The notes: generated by a model not told the origin, from the letters alone. A stretch of DNA of 32,460 nucleotides from Verrucomicrobiota bacterium (GCA_038209745.1 JBBQXJ010000056.1:1-32460), one strand, 5' to 3'; shown: positions 1 to 8,229, counted from the first letter of the stretch. A program made the numbers and translations.

Positions 1-139
1 GGAAGGCCTCAACAGCGTCTTCTCCGCCGTCAAGCGCAAGGCCCGCGGCTTCCGCTCCACCAAGAACCTCATCACCATGCTCTACTTCACCGCCGGCCGC
101 CTCGACCTACCCTCTACCCACTGAAAACAGCGAGGAACC
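1..139 (+). mobile_element. Right end of an ISL3-family insertion sequence
   Basis: Transposase tail followed by ...CTACCCACTGAAAACAGCGAGGAACC ending at 139. Its reverse complement GGTTCCTCGCTG... resembles an ISL3 terminal IR. The AT-rich 8-mer TCAAAACG (140-147) could be the target duplication, but the other end is outside the window. Confidence 0.75.
2..124 (+). CDS. ISL3-family transposase, C-terminal end (truncated by window start)
   Basis: Frame 2 reads EGLNSVFSAVKRKARGFRSTKNLITMLYFTAGRLDLPSTH*, matching the ISL3 C-terminal EGxN...KRxARG(F/Y)R motif. Not in the ORF track. Confidence 0.85.
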   Translation, partial: EGLNSVFSAVKRKARGFRSTKNLITMLYFTAGRLDLPSTH

Positions 140-155
140 TCAAAACGATGCACGG

Positions 156-1112
156 TCACGGCTTGGCCTCCGCCGGGTTTTTCCGGCTGCGGAGAGATTC
201 AAGGGCCGGATATAGGTCCGCCAAGGTCCCTATCTTCAGGGCTCGTATTTCCTCTATGGCGTCGAGGTAGCCGGACGTGGCCCGTCCACCGACGAGAATG
301 GAAACGCTGGCCGGGAGAAACTTGCGCAGACTCACCAGTTCCCCCGCGAGAAACGGGTCGTCGTCCGGATACACGATGCTGAGCAGCACCGCGCGGGCTC
401 CGTTCAAGCGCACGGCGCCCGCGATCTCCGCCGCCGGCAGCGACGTGCCCAGGTAGGTCACGCGCCAGCCCTGGTTCCGCGCCGCGGCCGCCACGATGAT
501 GGCGCCCAGTTCGTGCAGCTGCCCTGCCGGAGTCGCGACGATCAGCCCCGGAGCCGTGTCGGACGGGGCGAATGGGCGGGAGGTGTTCCACAGGAAAACG
601 CGGATGGCGTCGCTGGCGAAATGTTCGTGCGCGATGGTCAATTCCCCCGCGCGCCATCGCGCTCCCACCTCGACCGTCAGAGGAGCGATCACGTGCCCCA
701 GCATCGCCTGATGCCCCAGATCGACGAGGGCCTCCGAGAGAAGCCGATCAAGCTTCGCTTGATCCATCCGGACGATGGCCTCCACACACTCCGGTCGGAT
801 TCGGTCCGCCAATACTTCCATCCGGGGACGACCCACGACCGTCGCGGGTCCCGCGTCCGCCGGCTCGATCGAGATCAATTCCCGCAGGGTCTCATCCGAC
901 AGCCGCGCGATGTTGGAGATGCCGTGCCCGCCCTGAGTCGCCCGCCGCAGCAGCTTCAGCCGCTCGACCTCCTCCGAACTGTAAAGCCTTCTATTGGAAT
1001 CGGTCCGGCTGGGCGTAACCGCCCCATAACGCTTCTCCCATATCCGGATGACGTGGGCATTGAGACCGGTCTGTTGGGCGACGGCTTTGATAGTGTGAAG
1101 GGCATCCGACAT
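156..1112 (-). CDS. carH: MerR-family, cobalamin-binding photoreceptor/repressor (CarH/LitR type)
   Basis: N-terminal MerR HTH with IRIWEKRYG...R.Y; W-x9-EH motif (WRAGELTIAHEH); B12 Rossmann motif GQLHELG...YLG...SIV...VGG; divergent from carotenoid genes. Confidence 0.88.
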   Translation of the reverse strand: MSDALHTIKAVAQQTGLNAHVIRIWEKRYGAVTPSRTDSNRRLYSSEEVERLKLLRRATQGGHGISNIARLSDETLRELISIEPADAGPATVVGRPRMEVLADRIRPECVEAIVRMDQAKLDRLLSEALVDLGHQAMLGHVIAPLTVEVGARWRAGELTIAHEHFASDAIRVFLWNTSRPFAPSDTAPGLIVATPAGQLHELGAIIVAAAARNQGWRVTYLGTSLPAAEIAGAVRLNGARAVLLSIVYPDDDPFLAGELVSLRKFLPASVSILVGGRATSGYLDAIEEIRALKIGTLADLYPALESLRSRKNPAEAKP

Positions 1113-1121
1113 AGGCGATCT

Positions 1122-1288
1122 GACTTAGACAAATTTTGAACGGTTAACCGGGTAGCACTTCGGATCCGCAATGTAAAGGGACCCGGAATTAACCAAATCG
1201 CCAATGCAACCCACTGAATCCATGCCGATTCGATACATGTTAAACAAAACTTTGACAATCCATTTGAACATAAACAATACTTAGACAG
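1122..1288. promoter_or_regulatory. Divergent promoter region with CarH-type 11-bp direct-repeat operators and a consensus -35
   Basis: AT-rich spacer. nAnnTnnACAn matches at 1122-1132, 1248-1258, 1267-1277 and 1278-1288; TnnACA pairs spaced 11 bp (1241/1252, 1271/1282); TTGACA at 1252-1257. Confidence 0.75.
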
Positions 1289-1320
1289 TCAGACAACGCG
1301 AACCTCAAACCTCACTCGCC

Positions 1321-2472
1321 ATGTTCAACAAAATTCCCCTCAGCTCCAATTCGGTAATCCGGACTCAACCCGCTCTTTTGAAGGCCGCTCCTAGATTGAG
1401 CCTGCCCGCCCAAGCACGACTGCTCTCCAAGGCAACCTTGGACCCAGTGCGGAAGCCCGTCGCGGTAGCGAAGACCCGGCCCAGCCGAACTGGCAAAGTT
1501 CGTTCGACCAACCGACTGAGTCCAGTCACGTCCGGCTTCCGAACCCAAGCGGTCGAGGCTTTGCCGCCGATCATCGTGATGCGGGACCCGATTCCCGTGA
1601 CCCGTCAGGAGGAATCCTCCAAACCCGCTGTCCGCGCCCCCTACGACTCCGATTCGTCCCTCAGCCTCTACATGCGCCACGTCGGTGAAGTGCCCTTGCT
1701 GACCATCGCGGAGGAGATCGCCCTGGCCGCCCGGATCAAGGCCGGCGACGACATCGCCCGGGAACACATGATCCGCGCGAACCTCCGGCTCGTCGTGAAA
1801 ATCGCCCGGGAATATGAAAACCTCGGTCTCCCGCTGCTCGACCTGATCAACGAAGGCAACATTGGTCTGATGAAGGCGGTCGAACGCTTCGACCCGGCCA
1901 AGGGGGGCAAGCTTTCCACCTACGGTTCCTGGTGGATCAAACAGTCCATCCGCCGCGCCTTGGCCAACCAGTCGAAGACCATCCGCCTGCCGGTCCACGT
2001 GGTCGACAAGCTCTGCAAGATTCGCCGTGCCGCCAACCTCCTCCACGAAGTCCTCGGCCGCGACCCGACGGATGACGAATTGGCCGTCGAGATGAACATG
2101 CCCGCTTGGCGAATCGCGGAGATGCGGGCCGCCTCGGTCCGTCCCGCCTCTCTCGAAGCGCCACTCGGGGACGATGATTCGTCCCGCCTGAGCGATGTCG
2201 TCGAAGATCAGAACGCCGTCGATCCGTTCCAGGACCTCCAGGACAAGTCGATGACCCACATGGTCCTCGATTTCGTGGAGGAACTGCCCGAACGCGAAGC
2301 CACCATCCTCCGTCGCCGTTTCGGACTGGACGGAGACAAGGAACAAACGCTGGAAGAGATCGGCCAACGTTTTGGAGTGACGCGGGAGCGCATCCGACAG
2401 CTCCAGAACATCGCACTGGCCAAACTCCGCCGGATGGTGGAGAAGATGGAGTCGTTTGGCGAAGCGGCTTGA
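1321..2472 (+). CDS. RNA polymerase sigma-70 factor, RpoD/RpoS-like (regions 1.2, 2, 3, 4; non-ECF)
   Basis: LSLYMRHVGEVPLLT (1.2), ANLRLVVKIA...DLINEGNIGLMKAVERFD...STYGSWWIKQSI (2), TLEEIGQRFGVTRERIRQ (4.2). Start uncertain (ATG 1321 or 1579); no acidic region 1.1. Confidence 0.92.
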   Translation: MFNKIPLSSNSVIRTQPALLKAAPRLSLPAQARLLSKATLDPVRKPVAVAKTRPSRTGKVRSTNRLSPVTSGFRTQAVEALPPIIVMRDPIPVTRQEESSKPAVRAPYDSDSSLSLYMRHVGEVPLLTIAEEIALAARIKAGDDIAREHMIRANLRLVVKIAREYENLGLPLLDLINEGNIGLMKAVERFDPAKGGKLSTYGSWWIKQSIRRALANQSKTIRLPVHVVDKLCKIRRAANLLHEVLGRDPTDDELAVEMNMPAWRIAEMRAASVRPASLEAPLGDDDSSRLSDVVEDQNAVDPFQDLQDKSMTHMVLDFVEELPEREATILRRRFGLDGDKEQTLEEIGQRFGVTRERIRQLQNIALAKLRRMVEKMESFGEAA

Positions 2473-2501
2473 AGCGCGATTCGAGCACCACCACCACTCC
2501 C

Positions 2502-3230
2502 ATGGTTACGCTCATCTTCGGAGGCACCGGCGGCATCGGTTCGGAACTCGCCCGGCAAATGGCGGCTTGCGGCGACACCGTGGTCGTGGCCGGCCGCAGT
2601 TCAGAAAAGGTCGCATCCATCCCGAACACGACGGGCATCGTTGGGCGGGTGGTGGACGCGACCCGCTCCGACGCCGTGGAAGAATTGATCCGCTCGACCG
2701 TCGAAGAACATGGGCAACTTGACGCGGTGGCGAACTGCATCGGTTCGCTCCTTCTAAAACCCGCCCACCTGACGACGGACGATGAATGGGTCGAAACCCT
2801 GGCCACCAACTTGACGACCTCTTTCGTCATCCTCCGCGCCTGCGTCCGCCAGATGATGAAACAGCGTTCTGGTTCGCTGGTGCTCCTGGCTTCCGCGGTC
2901 GCCGAACGCGGCATGGTCAACCATGAGGCCATCGCCGCGGCCAAAGGCGGAGTCGCCTCGCTCGCCCGCTCCGCCGCCGCCACCTACGCCCGCTATGGCA
3001 TCCGGGTGAACTGCATCGCGCCGGGTCTTGTGCAGACACCGCTCACCCGATCCATCACCGAAAGCGAACCCAGCCTCAAAGCCTCGGTCTCGCTGCACCC
3101 GCTCGGACGCATCGGCCAGCCCTCCGAAGTCGCCGCCGCGATCCATTGGTTTCTGCGACCCGAGCAGGGATGGATCACCGGCCAATGTCTCGGGGTCGAC
3201 GGAGGCCTGTCCACTCTTCAAGCCCGCTGA
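2502..3230 (+). CDS. Short-chain dehydrogenase/reductase (SDR), atypical active site
   Basis: GGTGGIG Rossmann motif, IRVNCIAPG and WITGQCLGVDGG; HEAIAAAK occupies the YxxxK position. Start at ATG 2502, or TTG 2469 overlapping the sigma stop. Confidence 0.88.
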   Translation: MVTLIFGGTGGIGSELARQMAACGDTVVVAGRSSEKVASIPNTTGIVGRVVDATRSDAVEELIRSTVEEHGQLDAVANCIGSLLLKPAHLTTDDEWVETLATNLTTSFVILRACVRQMMKQRSGSLVLLASAVAERGMVNHEAIAAAKGGVASLARSAAATYARYGIRVNCIAPGLVQTPLTRSITESEPSLKASVSLHPLGRIGQPSEVAAAIHWFLRPEQGWITGQCLGVDGGLSTLQAR

Positions 3231-3246
3231 AAACACACCAAAGTCC

Positions 3247-4788
3247 ATGAGCAAAGAAGCCCTCATCATCGGCGCCGGTCCCGGCGGTCTGGCCTCGGCC
3301 ATCCTCCTCGCCGCCGCAGGTGTCCGCACCCGGATCATCGAGCGTCTGCCAGTTGTAGGCGGGCGCACCTCGTCCATCGAAGCCGACGGCTTCAAGTTCG
3401 ATCTCGGGCCCACCTTCTTCCTCTACCCGCGCGTGCTGGAGGAGATCTTCGCCGCCGCCGGCACGACCCTGGCCCGCGAAGTCGAGATGGTCCGGCTCGA
3501 CCCCCAGTACCGCATCATGTTCGGCAGCGGCGGACAGATCGACGCCACCCCGGACGAGCAGCGCATGGCCGCCGAAATCGCCAAGCTCTCGCCCCAGGAC
3601 GCGGGCGGTTTCCGGCGCTTCATGGACGAGAACCGCGCCAAACTGAAAGCGTTCGAACCAATCCTCGAATCGCCCTTCGTCGGCTTCAAGGACCTCCTCA
3701 ATCCCAAGCTGTTCAAAGCGCTCCCATTCCTGCATCCGACCAAATCCCTCGACGGCTACTTGGAGCGCTTCTTCAAAGATCCACGCGTGCGGTTGGCCTT
3801 CTGTTTCCAGTCGAAATACCTCGGCATGTCTCCGTTCCGCTGCCCGAGCCTCTTCTCTATCCTGTCGTTTCTGGAATACGAATACGGCGTCTTCCACCCC
3901 ATCGGCGGCTGTGCGGCCGTGACCCAGGCCATGGCGCGCCTCGCCGAACGCATGGGCGTAGAAATCCATCTCGGAGAACCCGTCGAAGAGATGCTCTTCA
4001 CCGGGAAAAAAGCCACCGGCGTCCGGACGTCCAAAGCCTCCTACAAGGCCGACGCCGTGGTGGTGAACGCCGATTTCGCCCGGGCGATGAAGTCACTCGT
4101 GCCCGACGCGCTCCGCTCCAAATGGACCGATGCCAAGCTCGCGAAGAAGAAGTACTCCTGCTCGACCTTCATGATGTATCTCGGCGTGGACGGCACCTTC
4201 GACCTGCCCCACCACACCATCCACATCTCCGGCGACTACGAGAACAACCTCGAAGACATCGAGAGCCGCCACGTCCTCAGCGAAGACCCCTCGTTCTACG
4301 TCCAGAACGCCAGCGTGACCGACTCCTCACTGGCGCCCAAGGGCCAGAGCGCCCTCTACGTCCTCGCACCGGTCACCCACCAGCACGGCAACGTCGATTG
4401 GCAGAAGGAGACCCCGGGGTTCCGCGCGCTCGTGCTGAAGCAAATGCGCAAAGCCGGCTTCGAGCTGAAGCAAAAGAACATCAAGTTCGAACGCGTCATC
4501 ACGCCCAATGACTGGGAAAACCGCTACCAGATCTATCGTGGCGCCACCTTCAACCTTGCGCACAGCATGGATCAGATGCTTCTGATGCGTCCTCGCAACC
4601 GTTTCGAGGATCTCGAATCCGTGTATCTTGTCGGTGGCGGCACCCATCCCGGAAGCGGCCTGCCCGTGATCTTCGAATCCGCGCGCATCTCCACCCGGCT
4701 CATGCTCGAAGACTTCGGTCTCAGTACCGCCAAGCTCCGGGCGCCCGCTGCGAAAGCACCATGCCCGTTGTCATTGGAAACCGCTTAA
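3247..4788 (+). CDS. crtN: Phytoene-desaturase-family protein, CrtN-like (C30 diapophytoene desaturase)
   Basis: MSKEALIIGAGPGGLA FAD motif, FKFDLGPT and C-terminal YLVGGGTHPGSGLP. Start reassigned to ATG 3247. The CrtN (rather than CrtI) call rests on context. Confidence 0.8.
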   Translation: MSKEALIIGAGPGGLASAILLAAAGVRTRIIERLPVVGGRTSSIEADGFKFDLGPTFFLYPRVLEEIFAAAGTTLAREVEMVRLDPQYRIMFGSGGQIDATPDEQRMAAEIAKLSPQDAGGFRRFMDENRAKLKAFEPILESPFVGFKDLLNPKLFKALPFLHPTKSLDGYLERFFKDPRVRLAFCFQSKYLGMSPFRCPSLFSILSFLEYEYGVFHPIGGCAAVTQAMARLAERMGVEIHLGEPVEEMLFTGKKATGVRTSKASYKADAVVVNADFARAMKSLVPDALRSKWTDAKLAKKKYSCSTFMMYLGVDGTFDLPHHTIHISGDYENNLEDIESRHVLSEDPSFYVQNASVTDSSLAPKGQSALYVLAPVTHQHGNVDWQKETPGFRALVLKQMRKAGFELKQKNIKFERVITPNDWENRYQIYRGATFNLAHSMDQMLLMRPRNRFEDLESVYLVGGGTHPGSGLPVIFESARISTRLMLEDFGLSTAKLRAPAAKAPCPLSLETA

Positions 4789-4792
4789 GCCC

Positions 4793-6643
4793 ATGAACGC
4801 CGCAGCTGATCCGGAAAACCACCATGGACACCCGTGGGCCGAACCGACCAAAGCTGTGGCTGGAAATGGAAATTCACCAAATCCCTTACCCGGCCTCCGG
4901 CCACCCTCTCTCCGTCGGACGGGGAGAGGGCAGGGTGGGGGCCTGCGGCGACTCGTTCGAACAGACTCCTTTTTTCAGAACGGTGATGAGCACGCCTTCG
5001 GCGGAACGGCAGCGCAGCCCCACCCGCCCGGTCGGGCTGCGCTGCCGCGCAGCGCCGGCTTCAACTCGCCGCCGGACCAGGCAAAGGTCGTCCTCCTGGC
5101 AGCCCGCTCGGCTCAAGCAGCTTGGCGCACTGTGGCGATCCAAGACCGTCTCGCCATCGTGCGTCGCGTCCGCCATCTCATCGCCGAACGCGCCGACTGG
5201 TTGACGGAAAGCCTCGCTCTTTCCCGCCCACGTCCTGCCGCCGAACTGATCACCTCCGAGATCATTCCGCTCGCCGAAGCCTGCCGCTTCTTGGAGCGGC
5301 AAGCATCTCGTCTCCTCAAAGCCCGCAAGCTGGGCAACGCAGGACGGCCACTGTGGTTGAGTTCCGTGCAGACGACCGTTTCCCGCGAACCGCTCGGAGT
5401 CGTTCTCATCCTCGCGCCGTCGAACTACCCGCTCTTCCTCGCCGCGGTGCAGACATTGCAGGCGCTGGTCGCCGGCAACGCCGTGTTGCTCAAACCGGCC
5501 CCCGGCTGCATCGACGCCCTGCTCGCTTTCCGCCAACTTGCCGAAGAAGCCGGACTGCCTGCGTCGCTGCTCCAGCTCCTCCCGGAAAATCCGGCCGCCG
5601 CTCGCGCCTTGATGAAGCTAGGCGTGGACAAAGTCGTGCTCACCGGCTCGGCCGAGACCGGCGCCACCATCCTCGCCGAACTCGCTCCCACGCTCACCCC
5701 GGCCACGGTGGAACTCTCCGGCAGCGACTCTGTCTTCGTCCGCTCCGACGCCGACTTGGATCTCGTCGCCCGCGCCTTGACCTTCGGCCTCCGTCTCAAC
5801 AACGGAGCCACCTGCATCGCTCCACGACGCGTCTTCGTCCCCCACGAACTGCTGGCCGCACTGGAAACCAAACTCGCAGCGGCGCTTGGCGAGCTGGGAC
5901 CTCTTCCCATCAACGAGCAAACCTGGAGCAAAGCCGCCCCGCTCATCGATGCCGCCCTCAGATCCGGCGCCCGCTATTTCGCAGGAAGTGGTAGGGCGAA
6001 GGCTCCCGCCGAGCCACCCGCCTCTGGTTCCAGAGCCGCCGATTTCGAACCCGGTTCCCCTCAAGGCGCCTCGGCAGGAGCGTTGGCCCCACCGTTCGGC
6101 CCCATTCTCCTGGCCCACGTCCCGCCCGCCGCCGCTCTTTTCCGCGAAGACCTCTTCGCCCCGATCCTTTCGTTGGTCCCGGTGAGCGACGACTCCGAGG
6201 CGGTGCGCTTCGCTGCCGAGTGCCCCTACGCGCTGGGAGCCTCCATCTTTTCCCGCGATGAATCCGCCGCCAGCGCCTTGGCCAACCAGGTCCGCGCCGG
6301 CGTGGTCACGATCAACGACCTGATCGTCCCGACTGCCGATCCACGCATTCCTTTCGGCGGACGCGGCCGTAGCGGCTTCGGCGTCACGCGCGGGGCGGAA
6401 GGCTTGCTGGAGATGACCGTTCCCAAAGTCGTCGCCGTGCGACGCTCCCGTTTCCTTCCGCACTTCGACGCCCCGAAGCCCGGCGACGCGGCGCTCTTCA
6501 CCGCGTTTCTCCGCCTGTCCCACAGCGGCGATTGGTCGTCGCGTTTGAGCGCCTTGCGCCAAGTCTTCCACGGCTTCCGACGGCGCGACCACGACCCGGA
6601 CGCGGCACCGGTCAAACCTTCAACCCGAAAGAATCTCCCATGA
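4793..6643 (+). CDS. Aldehyde dehydrogenase (diapocarotenoid-aldehyde dehydrogenase AldH/CrtNc-like)
   Basis: REPLGVVLILAPSNYP, LKPA, LTGS, catalytic ELSG and NNGATC, EDLFAP, PFGGRGRSGFG. The N-terminal ~95 aa and an internal ~35 aa look repeat-derived. Confidence 0.88.
   Translation: MNAAADPENHHGHPWAEPTKAVAGNGNSPNPLPGLRPPSLRRTGRGQGGGLRRLVRTDSFFQNGDEHAFGGTAAQPHPPGRAALPRSAGFNSPPDQAKVVLLAARSAQAAWRTVAIQDRLAIVRRVRHLIAERADWLTESLALSRPRPAAELITSEIIPLAEACRFLERQASRLLKARKLGNAGRPLWLSSVQTTVSREPLGVVLILAPSNYPLFLAAVQTLQALVAGNAVLLKPAPGCIDALLAFRQLAEEAGLPASLLQLLPENPAAARALMKLGVDKVVLTGSAETGATILAELAPTLTPATVELSGSDSVFVRSDADLDLVARALTFGLRLNNGATCIAPRRVFVPHELLAALETKLAAALGELGPLPINEQTWSKAAPLIDAALRSGARYFAGSGRAKAPAEPPASGSRAADFEPGSPQGASAGALAPPFGPILLAHVPPAAALFREDLFAPILSLVPVSDDSEAVRFAAECPYALGASIFSRDESAASALANQVRAGVVTINDLIVPTADPRIPFGGRGRSGFGVTRGAEGLLEMTVPKVVAVRRSRFLPHFDAPKPGDAALFTAFLRLSHSGDWSSRLSALRQVFHGFRRRDHDPDAAPVKPSTRKNLP
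4904..4930. repeat. REP-like hairpin within the aldH 5' extension
   Basis: CCCTCTCTCCGTC-G-GACGGGGAGAGGG; 13-bp arms with one G:T pair, inside CCCTTACCC...GGGTGGGGG flanks. Confidence 0.75.
5007..5047. repeat. Inverted REP pair within the aldH 5' extension
   Basis: CGGCAGCGCAGCCCCACC / GGTCGGGCTGCGCTGCCG, 17 of 18 complementary, 5-nt spacer. Confidence 0.8.
5990..6093. repeat. GTAG-type inverted REP pair (REPIN-like) inside aldH
   Basis: GGTAGGGCGAAGGCTCCCGCCGAG ... CTCGGCAGGAGCGTTGGCCCCACC, 20 of 24 complementary; related intergenic copy at 29220-29245. Confidence 0.8.
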
Positions 6644-8220
6644 CCTCCAACACCCACGACAAAATCGGCGTCATCGGCTCCGGCCTCGGCGGATTGGCCG
6701 CTGCCTGCACCCTGGCGGCCCGCGGCTATTCGGTGGTCCTCTTCGAGAAGAACGACTGGCTCGGCGGCAAGGCGGCGGAACATACCGACGCCGGTTTCCG
6801 CTTCGACATGGGTCCGACCATCCTCACCATCCCGTCGGTTCTGAAGCGGATCTATCAAGAAGCCGGCCTGCGCTTGGAGGACCACATCGATCTGGTCGAG
6901 CTGGATCCCCAGTGGCGTTCGTTCTTCAGCGACGGCTCCATTCTCGATCTCCACAAGAACACCGACCTGATGTGTCGGAACTTGGAGCGGTTCGCGCCGG
7001 GCAGCGGCACGGCCGAGGGTTACCGCAAGTTCCTCGGGCTCTCGGAGAAGCTGGACGACATCTCCCGGCGTTTCTTCTTCTGGAAGTCCATCGGCGGCAT
7101 GCGCGACATGTTCGACGCCAAGGCGTCCTTCAAACCGGGCGTCCTGAAAGACGTGCTCACCATGCGCATGGGTCGCACCGTCGGGGCGACCGTGCGCTCC
7201 CATGTGCCGGATGCGCGCGTGGCCCAGATGGTCGACCACTTCACCCAGTACGTCGGCTCTTCCCCGGACGCTTCGCCCGCCGTGCTCTGCGGCATCGCCC
7301 ACATGCAGACCGACGAAGGCGTGTGGTATCCGATGGGTGGCACCCGCGCCGTGCCCGTGGCTCTGACCAAGCTGGCCCGCAGTCTCGGAGTCGAGATCCG
7401 CACCGGCACCGGGATCCAGCGCATCCTCAACGACGGCACCCGCGTGACCGGTGTGGTCACGGATTCGGGAGACACCGTCCCCTTGGCGGCGGTGGTTTCG
7501 AACTGTGATTCCGTCCGCACCCACCGTGAACTGCTCGCCGGTGAACCCGCCGCGAAGAAGTTCGAAAAACGTCGAAGCTACGAAGCGGCCTGCTCCGGGG
7601 TGGTGCTGTATCTCGGCCTGAAAAAGCGTTACCCGCACTTGCTGCACCACAACTTCGTCTTCTCCCGAGATCCGCATGAAGAGTTCGACAGCATCTACCG
7701 GCAGGGCGAACCCGCGCCCGACCCCACCGCCTACGTCTGCGCTCCGGCGATCACCGATCCCGGCGTCGCCCCTGATGGATGCGAATCCCTCTACGTGCTC
7801 GTCCACACGCCCTATCTCCGGCCCCACCACGACTGGAAGAAGATGCTCCCCGCCTATCGCCGCGTGATCCTCGACAAGCTGGCCAGCACCGCCGGTTTGA
7901 AGGATCTGGAGGCGAACATCGTCACCGAGCGCGCGCTCACTCCGCAGGACATCCACGACCGCTACCGCGTGCTCAACGGCGCGATCTACGGATTGGCCAG
8001 TCACGGCCGGTTCTTCGGCGCATTCAAACCCGGCAACCGCAGCAACGATCTCTCCGGTTTCTACCTCGCCGGCGGCGCGGCCCATCCCGGGCCCGGCATG
8101 CCGATGGTGATGATGTCCGGCTGGATCGCCGCCGACGCGCTGGACCAGGACGGGAAAGTCCCCAAGGCGCCCCGCGCCCCCAGTGAACAATTCAGCGAAG
8201 CGGATGCCGTAGCCGCGTAA
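6640..8220 (+). CDS. crtP: Phytoene-desaturase-family protein, CrtP/CrtNb-like diapolycopene oxygenase
   Basis: IGVIGSGLGGLAAA, FRFDMGPTILT, QYVGSSP...AHMQ...GVWYPMGG and YLAGGAAHPGPGMPMV. ATG 6640 overlaps the aldH stop (ATGA). Confidence 0.8.
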   Translation: MTSNTHDKIGVIGSGLGGLAAACTLAARGYSVVLFEKNDWLGGKAAEHTDAGFRFDMGPTILTIPSVLKRIYQEAGLRLEDHIDLVELDPQWRSFFSDGSILDLHKNTDLMCRNLERFAPGSGTAEGYRKFLGLSEKLDDISRRFFFWKSIGGMRDMFDAKASFKPGVLKDVLTMRMGRTVGATVRSHVPDARVAQMVDHFTQYVGSSPDASPAVLCGIAHMQTDEGVWYPMGGTRAVPVALTKLARSLGVEIRTGTGIQRILNDGTRVTGVVTDSGDTVPLAAVVSNCDSVRTHRELLAGEPAAKKFEKRRSYEAACSGVVLYLGLKKRYPHLLHHNFVFSRDPHEEFDSIYRQGEPAPDPTAYVCAPAITDPGVAPDGCESLYVLVHTPYLRPHHDWKKMLPAYRRVILDKLASTAGLKDLEANIVTERALTPQDIHDRYRVLNGAIYGLASHGRFFGAFKPGNRSNDLSGFYLAGGAAHPGPGMPMVMMSGWIAADALDQDGKVPKAPRAPSEQFSEADAVAA

Positions 8221-8229
8221 GGACCGTCG

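Noticed and set aside
3028..3246. N-terminal extension of the crtN ORF (likewise 6532-6639 for crtP and 9533-10399 for the last operon gene)
   Set aside because: It overlaps the preceding gene; motif positions and stop/start coupling indicate the downstream starts.
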